Notes under the pieces: generated by a model | What the model was told of the DNA's origin: nothing | Database searches by the model: none | Seen by the model: the letters and a program-made list of their open reading frames with translations, nothing else | Shown: in pieces, positions 10,831-21,400 of the stretch | Layout of the letters: every line of letters starts with the position of its first letter | How positions within the stretch are numbered: the first letter of the stretch is position 1 | Virus record (IMG/VR): IMGVR_UViG_3300028797_000156 | Span: 1 to 64,000 of that record | Direction: 5' to 3' (one strand) | Source of the DNA: a virus | Lineage: Duplodnaviria > Caudoviricetes | Length of the DNA stretch: 64,000 nucleotides | Position numbers and translations under genes: made by a program

Positions 10831-13800
10831 TTATATGTCGTTTGTTATCTTTAAACCATGACTGTTAGCTGCAATCTTCTTTGGATTGTTGAAGGCTTGA
10901 ATTGTTTTTGTAGTACCAGTGATCTGGTGGAACAAGAACATTTCAATCGGAATACGTAATGGTTTACTGAATGAAGTGAATACGATTACATCATTCTTAT
11001 AGAAACAAGCTTCACCAAACCATACATCGGTACTATCATATCGTGGATATGGGAAATTGGTTGTGCCAGAATATCCTGGGCCTCCACGGGCATTATTTAA
11101 ACATGGCATGTGAGATGTCATACTTGGAAGTCCATCATTTAATTGATTTGGTGATCTCCAGCCCTTATTAATAATATATCCTAAATTTAAGATATTATAT
11201 GCAGACCACCAGCTATCATAATGCGTATTACTACCTCTAGTTACTATCCATCCAGGAACCATGATAACATAGTCTTTACCACCATTCATTTTCTTTATTG
11301 ATGGCGGACCGCAAGCATTTAATACATATGCATATGAATTATCACCAGTTTTGCTATGTAAATAGATAGGGTTTTCTTGATCTTCCTTTAAAATTACAAA
11401 CGATCTACAGCCACCTCTACTACTGTCATGATATAAACAGTGGAATATTAATGCATCGTCATCTATTGAAATATGATTATTATAAACATTATATTCAACA
11501 TAAGAACTTTCAGCACCCACCGTATTAACCCAATATTCATTTGGGTGTGCGACTAAACCTTCGGAAAGCATGTCATACATATACATATACCATGTCGTAT
11601 TATCACGATATATTTGAATATAAATTGTATGATCATATCCAAATACACCATTTAATGACATAGTACCTTCTAAAGGTATTTCAAAAGTTTGAATAACAGT
11701 ATTAGTTGTAAAATCATAAATTGAAAACTGAAATTCATCATTTGATCCTCTTCCAGTATATATAATGAAATAATCAGTACCCCATACAAAACTACTACAC
11801 CAACTAGAAGGTGTGGTTACTTCAATTGGTATAATTGTTGATGGGTCAGTATTAAAATCAATATAACCCAGTTTAGCATCCTTGATCAATACTAATCTAT
11901 TATGATATCTATCAAATAATTTAAGACACCAGGTATCAAAATATACATTATAGGATTCTCCTAAGAAATTAGTAAAGAAATTGAAAGAATAATCGATAGC
12001 TGTTGTCGATGGGTCTACATCTGGATGAGCTGGATCAATTTTTATAGCTTTCATTGCTGAACTATGAGTAGCACTATTGATATACCAGTTATCAACCCAA
12101 ATGATCCAATCATCTGAATGCCAAACGTAACGTCTATCACCGGATGCTGGACCTGGTAATGTATACATATATGGATGACCGTTACCATCATCTGATTCTA
12201 GATATATTAATCTATTATAATACCAAACCCAGCCAGTTTCAGATGCAAATATATTTGAAACATTTCGATTACTATCATTTGCTATTTTAAAATTATTTTC
12301 AATATTAATTTCTGAATAAGAAATATCTAATGCATGTTTATTACGTTCACGTTGTGGATGAATACCCGGTCCCATATTATTAATACCACATGCTTGATTT
12401 GGAGTTTTAATAATGTATTTCTTGTGCTGTAAAGCTTGTGGAACCACTCTGTTATCATCTAACTTTACAAATGTTGATGCATCCCAATATTTATCGGTCA
12501 TATAAATTGCAAATGTAGATGCATCATAAAAACCAGTAATAGCCAAATCAGTTCTTGTATTTATATATACATCAAAGATCGTAGTTCCATCAGGGCCACG
12601 GAATTCAGCAGTATGATAGTATCCGTATAAGAAGAGTTCTGGATTTCTGAAATCATAGTCTGGATCATCTACAAATGATTCAACTCTATCAAATTCTCCA
12701 GTAAGATAATTATAACCTTTTACTGCAGTGATATGAAAATCATTGACTGGTACTGTGTTATTATGCCATGTATAACCCCAGTTATCAGAACCTTCACCAT
12801 ATGATGATAAAAATGTGAATCCACCAAATACAGTTGTAAATGTATTATGTACAAAATCATCAACATATGCAAAATCAAATGTGAGCTCTTCTGGAGTTGT
12901 AAGATTGAAGTTCTCAATCCAATATAATACTGCACGTCTTTTGTATCCGTGTTCACCATAACTCCAGTTTGACATTCCATCTGGTAAAAATATACCTTGT
13001 CCAATTTGTATTGCTCTTTTAGATGTTATAACTATTTCCGGTAATGTCAAATTACTTCTCAATCCACCTTCGATAGCAACACTATAATGACAAGGGTTTG
13101 TTCCAGATCCACTAGTACATGCTCCTGCATTATTATATCCTAAACCAACATTGTACCCATCATGCAGTAAATCTCCACCGAATCCTCCACTTACATCAGT
13201 AGCTACTACTGGATACATTGGGAATTGATCTGATTCTTGAGCTCGTCCTGAAACATAAAAACAGTTACGTGCTGATACACCTGCATGTCTATGCATAGCT
13301 TTAACACAATATGCAGGATTAATGAAGAAATATTTGCCTTCATTCCATAATGTATCGAATAATGAAGCATTAATACTATTGGCACGATAAACACTGATTG
13401 TAACCTTCTCATTCAGCCTCTTAGTAAAATATGATGGTTGATGATTTGCATCATAAATTAATGCATGTGTATTTATACTGCTTTCATTATTATTTAACAC
13501 TTCAGCGAACTCAGTTATATTGGTATCTTCAGTTAACCAAGAATAGTTATAATCCAACACACATTGACCCGTTCTTCTTCGACCAGTAATAATATTTGTA
13601 ACAGGATCAAAATAATTATTAATTACATTTACACCTGCGTCATATAATGTTTCACCAATTAACGGTGAATTTGGTATTCTTTGGAATAGTACAGTGTCTG
13701 TTATTGCCGGAGTACCACTACCAGTACCAAAAATCATATGATAATACCATGTATTTTCATCAGTTTTATATTCTCGAGTAAAACCATTATTAGTCATTAC

Positions 13801-13941
13801 ATTAACACCAAACTTACGTTCGGTAATATTACCATCTTTATCTTCACAAATAATTTCATAAACATTTGATGCTCGATGTTTTGCAGGTAATGTTTCAATA
13901 AACTTCTCCATTTCTGGAGCAAGTTTCATCATTTCATACAT
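10831..13941 (-). CDS. Tail fibre / receptor-binding protein, copy B2 (1036 aa)
   Basis: Colinear paralog of B1 (shared SNVYEIICED-DGNIT-RKFGVNV, CVLDYNYSWLTED, YMTDKYWD, IPIEMFL-H-I-GTTKTI). Confidence 0.6.
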   Translation of the reverse strand: MYEMMKLAPEMEKFIETLPAKHRASNVYEIICEDKDGNITERKFGVNVMTNNGFTREYKTDENTWYYHMIFGTGSGTPAITDTVLFQRIPNSPLIGETLYDAGVNVINNYFDPVTNIITGRRRTGQCVLDYNYSWLTEDTNITEFAEVLNNNESSINTHALIYDANHQPSYFTKRLNEKVTISVYRANSINASLFDTLWNEGKYFFINPAYCVKAMHRHAGVSARNCFYVSGRAQESDQFPMYPVVATDVSGGFGGDLLHDGYNVGLGYNNAGACTSGSGTNPCHYSVAIEGGLRSNLTLPEIVITSKRAIQIGQGIFLPDGMSNWSYGEHGYKRRAVLYWIENFNLTTPEELTFDFAYVDDFVHNTFTTVFGGFTFLSSYGEGSDNWGYTWHNNTVPVNDFHITAVKGYNYLTGEFDRVESFVDDPDYDFRNPELFLYGYYHTAEFRGPDGTTIFDVYINTRTDLAITGFYDASTFAIYMTDKYWDASTFVKLDDNRVVPQALQHKKYIIKTPNQACGINNMGPGIHPQRERNKHALDISYSEINIENNFKIANDSNRNVSNIFASETGWVWYYNRLIYLESDDGNGHPYMYTLPGPASGDRRYVWHSDDWIIWVDNWYINSATHSSAMKAIKIDPAHPDVDPSTTAIDYSFNFFTNFLGESYNVYFDTWCLKLFDRYHNRLVLIKDAKLGYIDFNTDPSTIIPIEVTTPSSWCSSFVWGTDYFIIYTGRGSNDEFQFSIYDFTTNTVIQTFEIPLEGTMSLNGVFGYDHTIYIQIYRDNTTWYMYMYDMLSEGLVAHPNEYWVNTVGAESSYVEYNVYNNHISIDDDALIFHCLYHDSSRGGCRSFVILKEDQENPIYLHSKTGDNSYAYVLNACGPPSIKKMNGGKDYVIMVPGWIVTRGSNTHYDSWWSAYNILNLGYIINKGWRSPNQLNDGLPSMTSHMPCLNNARGGPGYSGTTNFPYPRYDSTDVWFGEACFYKNDVIVFTSFSKPLRIPIEMFLFHQITGTTKTIQAFNNPKKIAANSHGLKITNDI

Positions 13942-13955
13942 TGTTTATACCTCCT

Positions 13956-14471
13956 TTATTGTCTATATTCTAATGGAGTGGAAGTGACATTTAAAATATG
14001 TATAGCTGATTGTGGTGTTGTTTTAGTATATTTTGGTAAAGTCATCTCATAATATGCTAAACTTTCATCATATAATCCAGTATATTTGATAGTTTCATCA
14101 TAAAAATTAGTTGATACTTGCGTATAATCGGTTATTTCCAAAGGCTGAGAATATATACCAAAATATTTGATAGTTTCATCATAAACATTTGTACTAGTTT
14201 CATAGTAATCAACAATGTCCAGATGATCTGGAGCATATATACCAATATACTTAATTACTTCATCATTATAGAAATTTGTACTAGTTTCTGTGTAACGACG
14301 AACCTCACATGGATGAGATCCAACAGCTTTTATTTGTAAAAGAGCATCCATGGTTAATGGATCTCTATGTTCACCTGATACCCACACTCCACGAACAACT
14401 CTCAAAGGATTGTTAGAAGCTGGCAACTTAGGTATCCTTTTGTAAGCTTCTAAAGTTCTAAAGATATTCAC
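13956..14471 (-). CDS. Small partner protein of the tail-fibre cassette, copy A2 (171 aa, GTG start)
   Basis: Paralog of A1 (MNIFRTLEAYKR, RGVWVSGEHRDPLTMD, PKYT-TTPQ). Confidence 0.6.
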   Translation of the reverse strand: MNIFRTLEAYKRIPKLPASNNPLRVVRGVWVSGEHRDPLTMDALLQIKAVGSHPCEVRRYTETSTNFYNDEVIKYIGIYAPDHLDIVDYYETSTNVYDETIKYFGIYSQPLEITDYTQVSTNFYDETIKYTGLYDESLAYYEMTLPKYTKTTPQSAIHILNVTSTPLEYRQ

Positions 14472-14503
14472 TTAAATTCACCTCCAAATTAACAATCTGT
14501 TTT
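14440..14503. repeat. 64-bp perfect direct repeat, copy 2
   Basis: Identical to 10716-10779. Confidence 0.95.
14490..14501 (-). promoter_or_regulatory. Putative late promoter AACA-N6-TA
   Basis: Same AACAGATTGTTA as at 10766-10777. Confidence 0.55.
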
Positions 14504-14511
14504 TGATTAAA

Positions 14512-14536
14512 GATACCGGGGCAAGTCCCCGGTATC
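14512..14536. terminator. Terminator
   Basis: GATACCGGGG-caagt-CCCCGGTATC; same stem as 10794-10819 with a different loop. Confidence 0.75.
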
Positions 14537-14554
14537 ATATAATCAAAATATGAT

Positions 14555-17209
14555 TTACTGTTTATCTCCAGGTGGTAATCCAGTGAATTCAGGAACATTA
14601 GTAAAGGTTGTGTAGAATTGTTTATTACGTAAATTGATATAGTTATTAACTGACGTAATACATGGAGTTGTTCCTGAAACTTTGTGCGGCATCCAGTGTT
14701 CCATTGGCCATTTCTTATGACATTCTGTGATGTAATAATCACCATATGGAATGAAGCATGCATTTGAAGTATCATCTTCCAACTTGACATAATCTGTATG
14801 GCCATCAACAAGGTTACCAAAGTCAATAACCCAGTTTCTCGTACCGCCATTGTTATTGTTACTAGCTGCAGTCTTTGAGTATAATAATACCATTGAATTT
14901 ACATGAATCTTATGTAAATGGAATCTACACATTGTAGCACCATCTGTAGCAACACCTAAACTTGATAAATCATGAACAGATGTTGGAGCATCAACCTTAA
15001 TCCAGTAAGCTTGATTTGGATTGAATGTATCGATTCTATATACCACCAATGCATCATCTGTTGCTGTTACTCTTACTCTACTTAAAGAAGAAGCAACAGC
15101 ATTCATTGCACTGGTTGTATTTGTGACCGTGCCAGATATGATATCACAGCATACCGCAGCAACTGATGATGAGTTTGATACCAACCATACATAGTTTGTA
15201 TGACCAAACATATAGTTCACAGTAAATCCAGATGGAATATTGAATGTCTGGATAACTGCATTGGTTGAACCAAATTCATATACCTGAACAATAGTTGGAT
15301 CTGCAGTTGATATGTAAGCAATACGATTTTCACCCCAGATACAACACATCTTTGATGTTGGATATGATACTGGATTGATTGTATTGCCTCTCAGATCAAT
15401 TAAGTATGAAGTATTGAATCCGATACCTTGAAGTGTCATGTAACCTGTATCTGTAAATGATGGCATCATATTATCAAACATATTGAAGTTCGTTCTTGTA
15501 TCGAATGTCAATAACGTATTTGATACTGATGGCTTTGTTGACATATCAGTCAAGTCAACATAATACAATGTTGTGGTGCTGACATGTTTACCATAAACAA
15601 TTAACCAATCATTCCATCCATATGAGTAAGCATCTGTAGTTGATAAGTTCATATTACTAAATAAGTCATATGATTTATTCTGTAATGGAGATACAATTGT
15701 ATTACCACACTTATACCAACCTGCTGTATAGTTACCGAATACATCCAACATGATTGTTGTCAATACTGGGAAACCAAATGATTCCGATCTACCATTTGAA
15801 GGTACAACAACCAAACCTTCCAAAGTACGATGTGGAATCAAGTTGATATTATTTGCAGATGTTATATAGTATCGAGCAGTTTGACAGTTCATCGTATGAT
15901 TATAATCATTCGTATGATTGTTCGGTACGTTAGTAAGGTTTGAGATATGATGCCATGTGGTTTTATCCCAATACTTTTCGCAAGCATAAACAGTTGTCAA
16001 GTTTACATCGAATGCAGTAATCGCATCATGAGTATTGATGTTTTGATATAACCACATTCCCATGATGGTATTATTATTCGTATAATAAATTGGCATTGCA
16101 AATGCTGTCTGCAAAGGTGTTTCTGTATACCATTTATCATTATCATTTAAGAATGTTTCCGCATTATCCCAACCATGTGTTGTGTAATCATATAACTTGC
16201 ATGATGTAACTGTTGCTTGAGTTAATGGTAAACACTTATCACTGAACTGACCGAATCTTGCAGAGATACAATCATCCTTATGACCATCAGTGATTACAAC
16301 TTCAGAGAATGGTTCTGGAGTTGTCATTAATTCACGTTCAACTGATAAGAATCCCGAATAATAATCACAGTATCCATCAAGATATCCTGACTTAATCTTA
16401 TCTTCATCTGATCCACTCCATGTATTGATCATAGTGTATTCTGAAAGATTTCGATATGTTGTGATTTCATTATTCTGGAATGCCGAACGAGAAAGTGTTG
16501 ATGTCATCGTTGCTTTTCTATTATTACGACGATAAACAACGATTGAACTATCCATTCTATTGAAGAATCTTGCTAAGGTTGTGATTACTGTATACTTTCC
16601 ATTTGTCCAGTTATTCTGGATTAATGATTCATAGTATGATAAGCAGTAATACACATCAATGTACAATTCTTCTTCTGGGATTTTACGCAATGTACCGTAA
16701 TGTCCGGCTGTATCATAAACCCATGAGTGAGTCCATAATGCATCTATTGCAGTACCAATACCATATTCTGTAATGGTGATTTCATCTGGTTCAGATTCAA
16801 TTTCCAATGGAAATTTAACTTGTAATGCTCGACACACACAAGTTATCAAACCAGAAACATTGTCATAGTACATTGGATATGCATAATCTCTTGTTTCTGA
16901 TACTAATGTTGATACTGCATCATATGGATCCAAAAGTTCATGAGTTGTATGATTAAACCCTTGAGCTGTACTACCATGACCAATGTACATTTTATTTGGA
17001 AATGTTCCTGAATTTATGAAGAATTGTTCCATACCATAGTCAGTCATGACATTCTTACCGAACTTGATATCAGTAACATTGCCATTCTTATCCACTGTAC
17101 GAGCAACGTAAATATTTCCAAAACCAGCACCGCGATCCTTCAAATTACCCATGAATTCCATGGCTAACTTAAAGGAATCGTCCATTGGTTTTGTGAAGAC
17201 ATTATCCAT
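14555..17209 (-). CDS. Third, more diverged member of the B tail-fibre family (884 aa)
   Basis: N-terminus (GNIYVARTVDKNGNVTDIKFGKNVMTDYG), YACEKYWD and C-terminal HKVSGTT-CITSVNN align with B1/B2. Confidence 0.55.
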   Translation of the reverse strand: MDNVFTKPMDDSFKLAMEFMGNLKDRGAGFGNIYVARTVDKNGNVTDIKFGKNVMTDYGMEQFFINSGTFPNKMYIGHGSTAQGFNHTTHELLDPYDAVSTLVSETRDYAYPMYYDNVSGLITCVCRALQVKFPLEIESEPDEITITEYGIGTAIDALWTHSWVYDTAGHYGTLRKIPEEELYIDVYYCLSYYESLIQNNWTNGKYTVITTLARFFNRMDSSIVVYRRNNRKATMTSTLSRSAFQNNEITTYRNLSEYTMINTWSGSDEDKIKSGYLDGYCDYYSGFLSVERELMTTPEPFSEVVITDGHKDDCISARFGQFSDKCLPLTQATVTSCKLYDYTTHGWDNAETFLNDNDKWYTETPLQTAFAMPIYYTNNNTIMGMWLYQNINTHDAITAFDVNLTTVYACEKYWDKTTWHHISNLTNVPNNHTNDYNHTMNCQTARYYITSANNINLIPHRTLEGLVVVPSNGRSESFGFPVLTTIMLDVFGNYTAGWYKCGNTIVSPLQNKSYDLFSNMNLSTTDAYSYGWNDWLIVYGKHVSTTTLYYVDLTDMSTKPSVSNTLLTFDTRTNFNMFDNMMPSFTDTGYMTLQGIGFNTSYLIDLRGNTINPVSYPTSKMCCIWGENRIAYISTADPTIVQVYEFGSTNAVIQTFNIPSGFTVNYMFGHTNYVWLVSNSSSVAAVCCDIISGTVTNTTSAMNAVASSLSRVRVTATDDALVVYRIDTFNPNQAYWIKVDAPTSVHDLSSLGVATDGATMCRFHLHKIHVNSMVLLYSKTAASNNNNGGTRNWVIDFGNLVDGHTDYVKLEDDTSNACFIPYGDYYITECHKKWPMEHWMPHKVSGTTPCITSVNNYINLRNKQFYTTFTNVPEFTGLPPGDKQ

Positions 17210-17213
17210 GTTA

Positions 17214-18431
17214 TCACTCCTTTAACTTAATTCCGATATCATAAATTGTTTTGTAATCTCGTTTGTTAATAGCAACAGATTTCATTGTAGTTCCTGGGAT
17301 ATATTCAAACTCGCGTTCATCAGTAGCTTCTTCAAATGATAAGTAAGAAGGATTTAACTTTAACCATGGATCCTTTGATTCGTATTCCAAAGCATCATTT
17401 GTAATGATACTAAACTGATTAATTTTGTATCCTATATTATATTTATACAAACCTTCATAGTTTAAGATACCAAATGAATAGTATTGTAAGAATAAATATT
17501 TATGATAAAATGCCATCGTAACCATTGCATCATAATCAGTTGTGATATTCCATGGTAAATAAGTATAAGCAAACTTCTTACGTTGAGTTTCAAATACCCA
17601 AATCTTTTTATTCTTATTATTATCAGCCGTACTACCTGGAAGAATATATAATAAACCTTCAGTATAGTATACACATTTTGGACGATGTTTAAATGGAACC
17701 GGAGTGTATTCAACATCCCAAGCTTCTGTTTCTACATCATATGAGAAAACATATGCTTGGTTAACAACCCAAATCTTTCCTTCACCATAACATATTTCTG
17801 CATTATATGATGATATTGGGAAATCCAATACATTGTATGTTTGTGTTTGTCGATTATAAACAGCTAAGTTTGCAGCAGAATCGACAATTAATTTATCACA
17901 CCATGTAAATGAATTTCGACTTGAAGTATCTGAAGATTTATAGTTTTCATAAGTCCATGTCAATGTATCTGTATGGAAAAATGCTAAACCACGAACATCC
18001 ATGACTACAATTGTAGTACGATCATACCACTGAGATCTGAACCAACAAGTTGATGATCTAGCCATTGAATACCAGGTGATATCGGATAAATTATTTAAAT
18101 TTATCCGATACATTTCTTTTTCACCTGAATGCAATGTTACATATGCATATTGTCCATCACATAAGAAACTAGAAATTCTTTTGTTGGTTCTGTTATTCAA
18201 CTGAGCTTTCGTTACATAACCAATGTAAGTAGTTTCACCGGTTTGAATATTGAATGATTGTATGTGTAATTGATGTGGACTTGTTGAAGTACGTTCAATA
18301 CCAGTATAAATCATTCTATCATATTCGCATGTAAAGAAAGCTCTGTCACTTGCTGTCGCTACATTATTAACATATTTTTTACTAAAACGAGATGTTCCAT
18401 CCGGAGATGTTGATAACAAATTCAAACTCAT
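17214..18431 (-). CDS. Tail-associated protein, probable beta-propeller (405 aa)
   Basis: Repeated short aromatic beta-strand blades; located in the tail operon. Confidence 0.4.
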   Translation of the reverse strand: MSLNLLSTSPDGTSRFSKKYVNNVATASDRAFFTCEYDRMIYTGIERTSTSPHQLHIQSFNIQTGETTYIGYVTKAQLNNRTNKRISSFLCDGQYAYVTLHSGEKEMYRINLNNLSDITWYSMARSSTCWFRSQWYDRTTIVVMDVRGLAFFHTDTLTWTYENYKSSDTSSRNSFTWCDKLIVDSAANLAVYNRQTQTYNVLDFPISSYNAEICYGEGKIWVVNQAYVFSYDVETEAWDVEYTPVPFKHRPKCVYYTEGLLYILPGSTADNNKNKKIWVFETQRKKFAYTYLPWNITTDYDAMVTMAFYHKYLFLQYYSFGILNYEGLYKYNIGYKINQFSIITNDALEYESKDPWLKLNPSYLSFEEATDEREFEYIPGTTMKSVAINKRDYKTIYDIGIKLKE

Positions 18432-18448
18432 TATACTTCACCTCCATT

Positions 18449-21400
18449 TTAGTTAGAGAATAATTGAATTGAATATAATTTAAAATCAGATTCTACATCT
18501 GAAAGTTTATCAACTGTAATATGATATGCATTATATTCATTATCATATTTACTCGTATGAGTGGTTAAATCATAAATTGTATCATCATAAATAGCATCGA
18601 TTGCTTCACGATTTAAACGGAGATGGTTTGGTACCAAAACAGTTAATGTTTGTTTGTTCGGGAAATATTTCACAGAAGCTGTACCGATATCATCATCTGG
18701 ATCATTTGCAATAATATTGAATTTATCAAGAACACCAACAAGACTAGTTATCTTGTAAACTCCATATTCTTCAATATCTTCTGGAGTTATTTCTCCTGAG
18801 GTGAATACAGTCCAACGATTTTCATCTTCATCAAATGTTTTGTATCCCGATGAATCATGAATAATAAGTTTCGATAATAATGCTTGCACAACATGAATCT
18901 CGATCTTTGTTACGTTTGGATTAAGTGTATTACCACCTAAAGTTGTAACTCCATTTGTGAGATACCATTCTTCACCCGGGATGTAGTGTTCAGGTTTATA
19001 TGAATCCGCAGTTAAGATGTAACCAGAACCTCCGGCACCACCTTTATCATTATCTGATGATCCATTTGGATAAGTACCGGAACCGCCGAACCATCCTCCA
19101 CCACCACCGCCTCCGCGGCCTCCGCTAGTGAGGAATCCTTTACCACCGTAACCAAATCCACCACTGATATCTGGATATGATGCACTTTGTGGTGAACTTG
19201 TTTGTGTACCTGGACCGGCATTAGTACCATTACCGCCAGAAATACTTCCGCCAGTAGTACCACCACCCTTACCAGGCATACCTGATGAATAACCTTGTCC
19301 ACCAGCACCGCCGGCAACAAGAATTCTTGACATCATTGATTTTGTCGGACCTGCATCAGAATCTTGTAATGGAACTCGAGTATTATTCCATGTATAGAAT
19401 GTATTAGTTGTGATATCCAAGAAACCAGCAGTATCATCTGAATCACGTATAACTGGAACAAAATCATGAACGGTAGTTCCTGATTCAGAAATTCGAATAT
19501 TATACCATTCAGTTGGTAACACTGCATCATATCCATTACCACTATGATCTGCGCCAAATGAAATACTTCTATTTGTTGCATGAATTGTATTACTATTTGA
19601 AATAGTCATGCTTTCGCCATCAGTATCAGAAGCCCATGTTAATGTGGTTAAACCAGTATCGATAGTAAGTCTGGTACTTAGTGGAAGTGATTTGGTACCA
19701 TTTGCTTCCGCTATTCCAGAATACTGGTCATTTAACTGCCAATGTGCTGCCCTGCCAATGACATGTGGAAAGAATGCAAAACCTGCAGATCCATCATTTT
19801 GAACACCAAACAATACAGGATAGTTAGGATAACTACTAGCAATGATACTACAATCAACATGTAATTCTGTTGTATTCTGAATAATATATCCAGGATCAAA
19901 ATATGCTGATGATGAAGATAATGCTTTGAGTTGAGTATATCCTGAAGGAATATCTTGTCTACGATCTGGATCTGGCATTATTGGTGCAGCTGGAGAATCA
20001 TCCATCGTTAAACGGATATCTGTTGCACCACCACCAGCAAATGGCATCATTGTAAACATGCCAGCTGAAGGAGTACGATTTATCTCAGCTAAACCACCAC
20101 CATTGTATGCACATTGATTATTCCAGTAACCAAATGGTCTGTTTTCTGAAGAATGGTTGTCTTGGAATAAACCAGAACCACCAACAACACCATACACAGT
20201 TTTCTTGTCATCTATCGTTAAACGTGCTTCAGAATAACCACCTTCGTATCGTGTTCCAGTTGATAAAAACATACCACCTTCACCACCCCAACATTTCATA
20301 TCATAAACACCGGGGTACAATGGTAAAGCAGTAGCATTACCAGTCAATGGTACTATTATAGTATCATCAACATTTATATTTGTTTGTTTACATATTAAAA
20401 TACTACCAACTGTTGTTTGACAAGGAACAACAGCAGTTTTATTTAAATAGTAATGAGATGTCGGGATATAACCATGTGGTTTGTATGAATCTGCAGTTAA
20501 AACGTATGATGAACCGCCAGCACCATTTATTGATGATTTTTCAAAATTGAATTGAGCTTCGGAATAACCACCATACCAACCTCCTCCACCACCGCCGGCA
20601 CCTTCGGCACCATATGATGGAGTCATTGTTCTTGTGTAACCATCTTCACCTCGACCAAATGCATAACCTTCATCTTGACGGGCTGGACGACGGTCTGTAT
20701 GTGAATAAAATGCACCGGCAGATGTTTGTGTATAACCAGCAACCAATCCACCACCATATGATGGTTTTATATTACCATATGCATACTGCTTAGCCATACC
20801 GCCACCGCCACCGGCTACGATGATTCTGGATAATAATGTTCTGGTTGGGATATCGAATGCTTTACCATGAATACGGTGACCTGAAGCTGATCCAACACCA
20901 GGATGATATGCTTGATCAATGATGTCATACATTCCGTATGCTCCTTCATCCCATTCTCCAGCTCCTGCAACTTTAACTGGAACAAGATCATGCAACAAAA
21001 CATCATTTTCATATATTTTACATGAATATATTTGTAAACCCCAACAATAGTCTTGTCCACTACCTGTACCAGCTGAACTACCATTATTATCAGCAAATAA
21101 ATACATTGGATAGTTACTCGTTGGCATTGGATCTTGCATTGTCAATGATTGAGTTATTTCTCCATCAGTCCATGATACTATTTGTGTTGGTGCATCAATT
21201 GTAATTGTCATCTTACGATCAGTAGTAAGGATTGGACCATTATCTGGAAAATATACATTATGACCAGATGTCTTTATACACACTTTATGAGCATCACTAC
21301 ATTTATATGAGAAATAAAATTCATCAGCATTACCACTGCTACGACGTGCACCAAATGGAATTTGCCATGAATTTGTTCTGCTGCTTTCAATACTAGCACC

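Noticed and set aside
10716-14536. Invertase-driven shufflon
   Set aside because: The repeats are direct, all cassettes share one orientation, and no recombinase gene is recognisable nearby.
7060-17209. Diversity-generating retroelement acting on the B genes
   Set aside because: No reverse transcriptase in the window, and differences between paralogs are not confined to adenines; there is no near-identical TR/VR pair. An RT elsewhere in the genome cannot be excluded.
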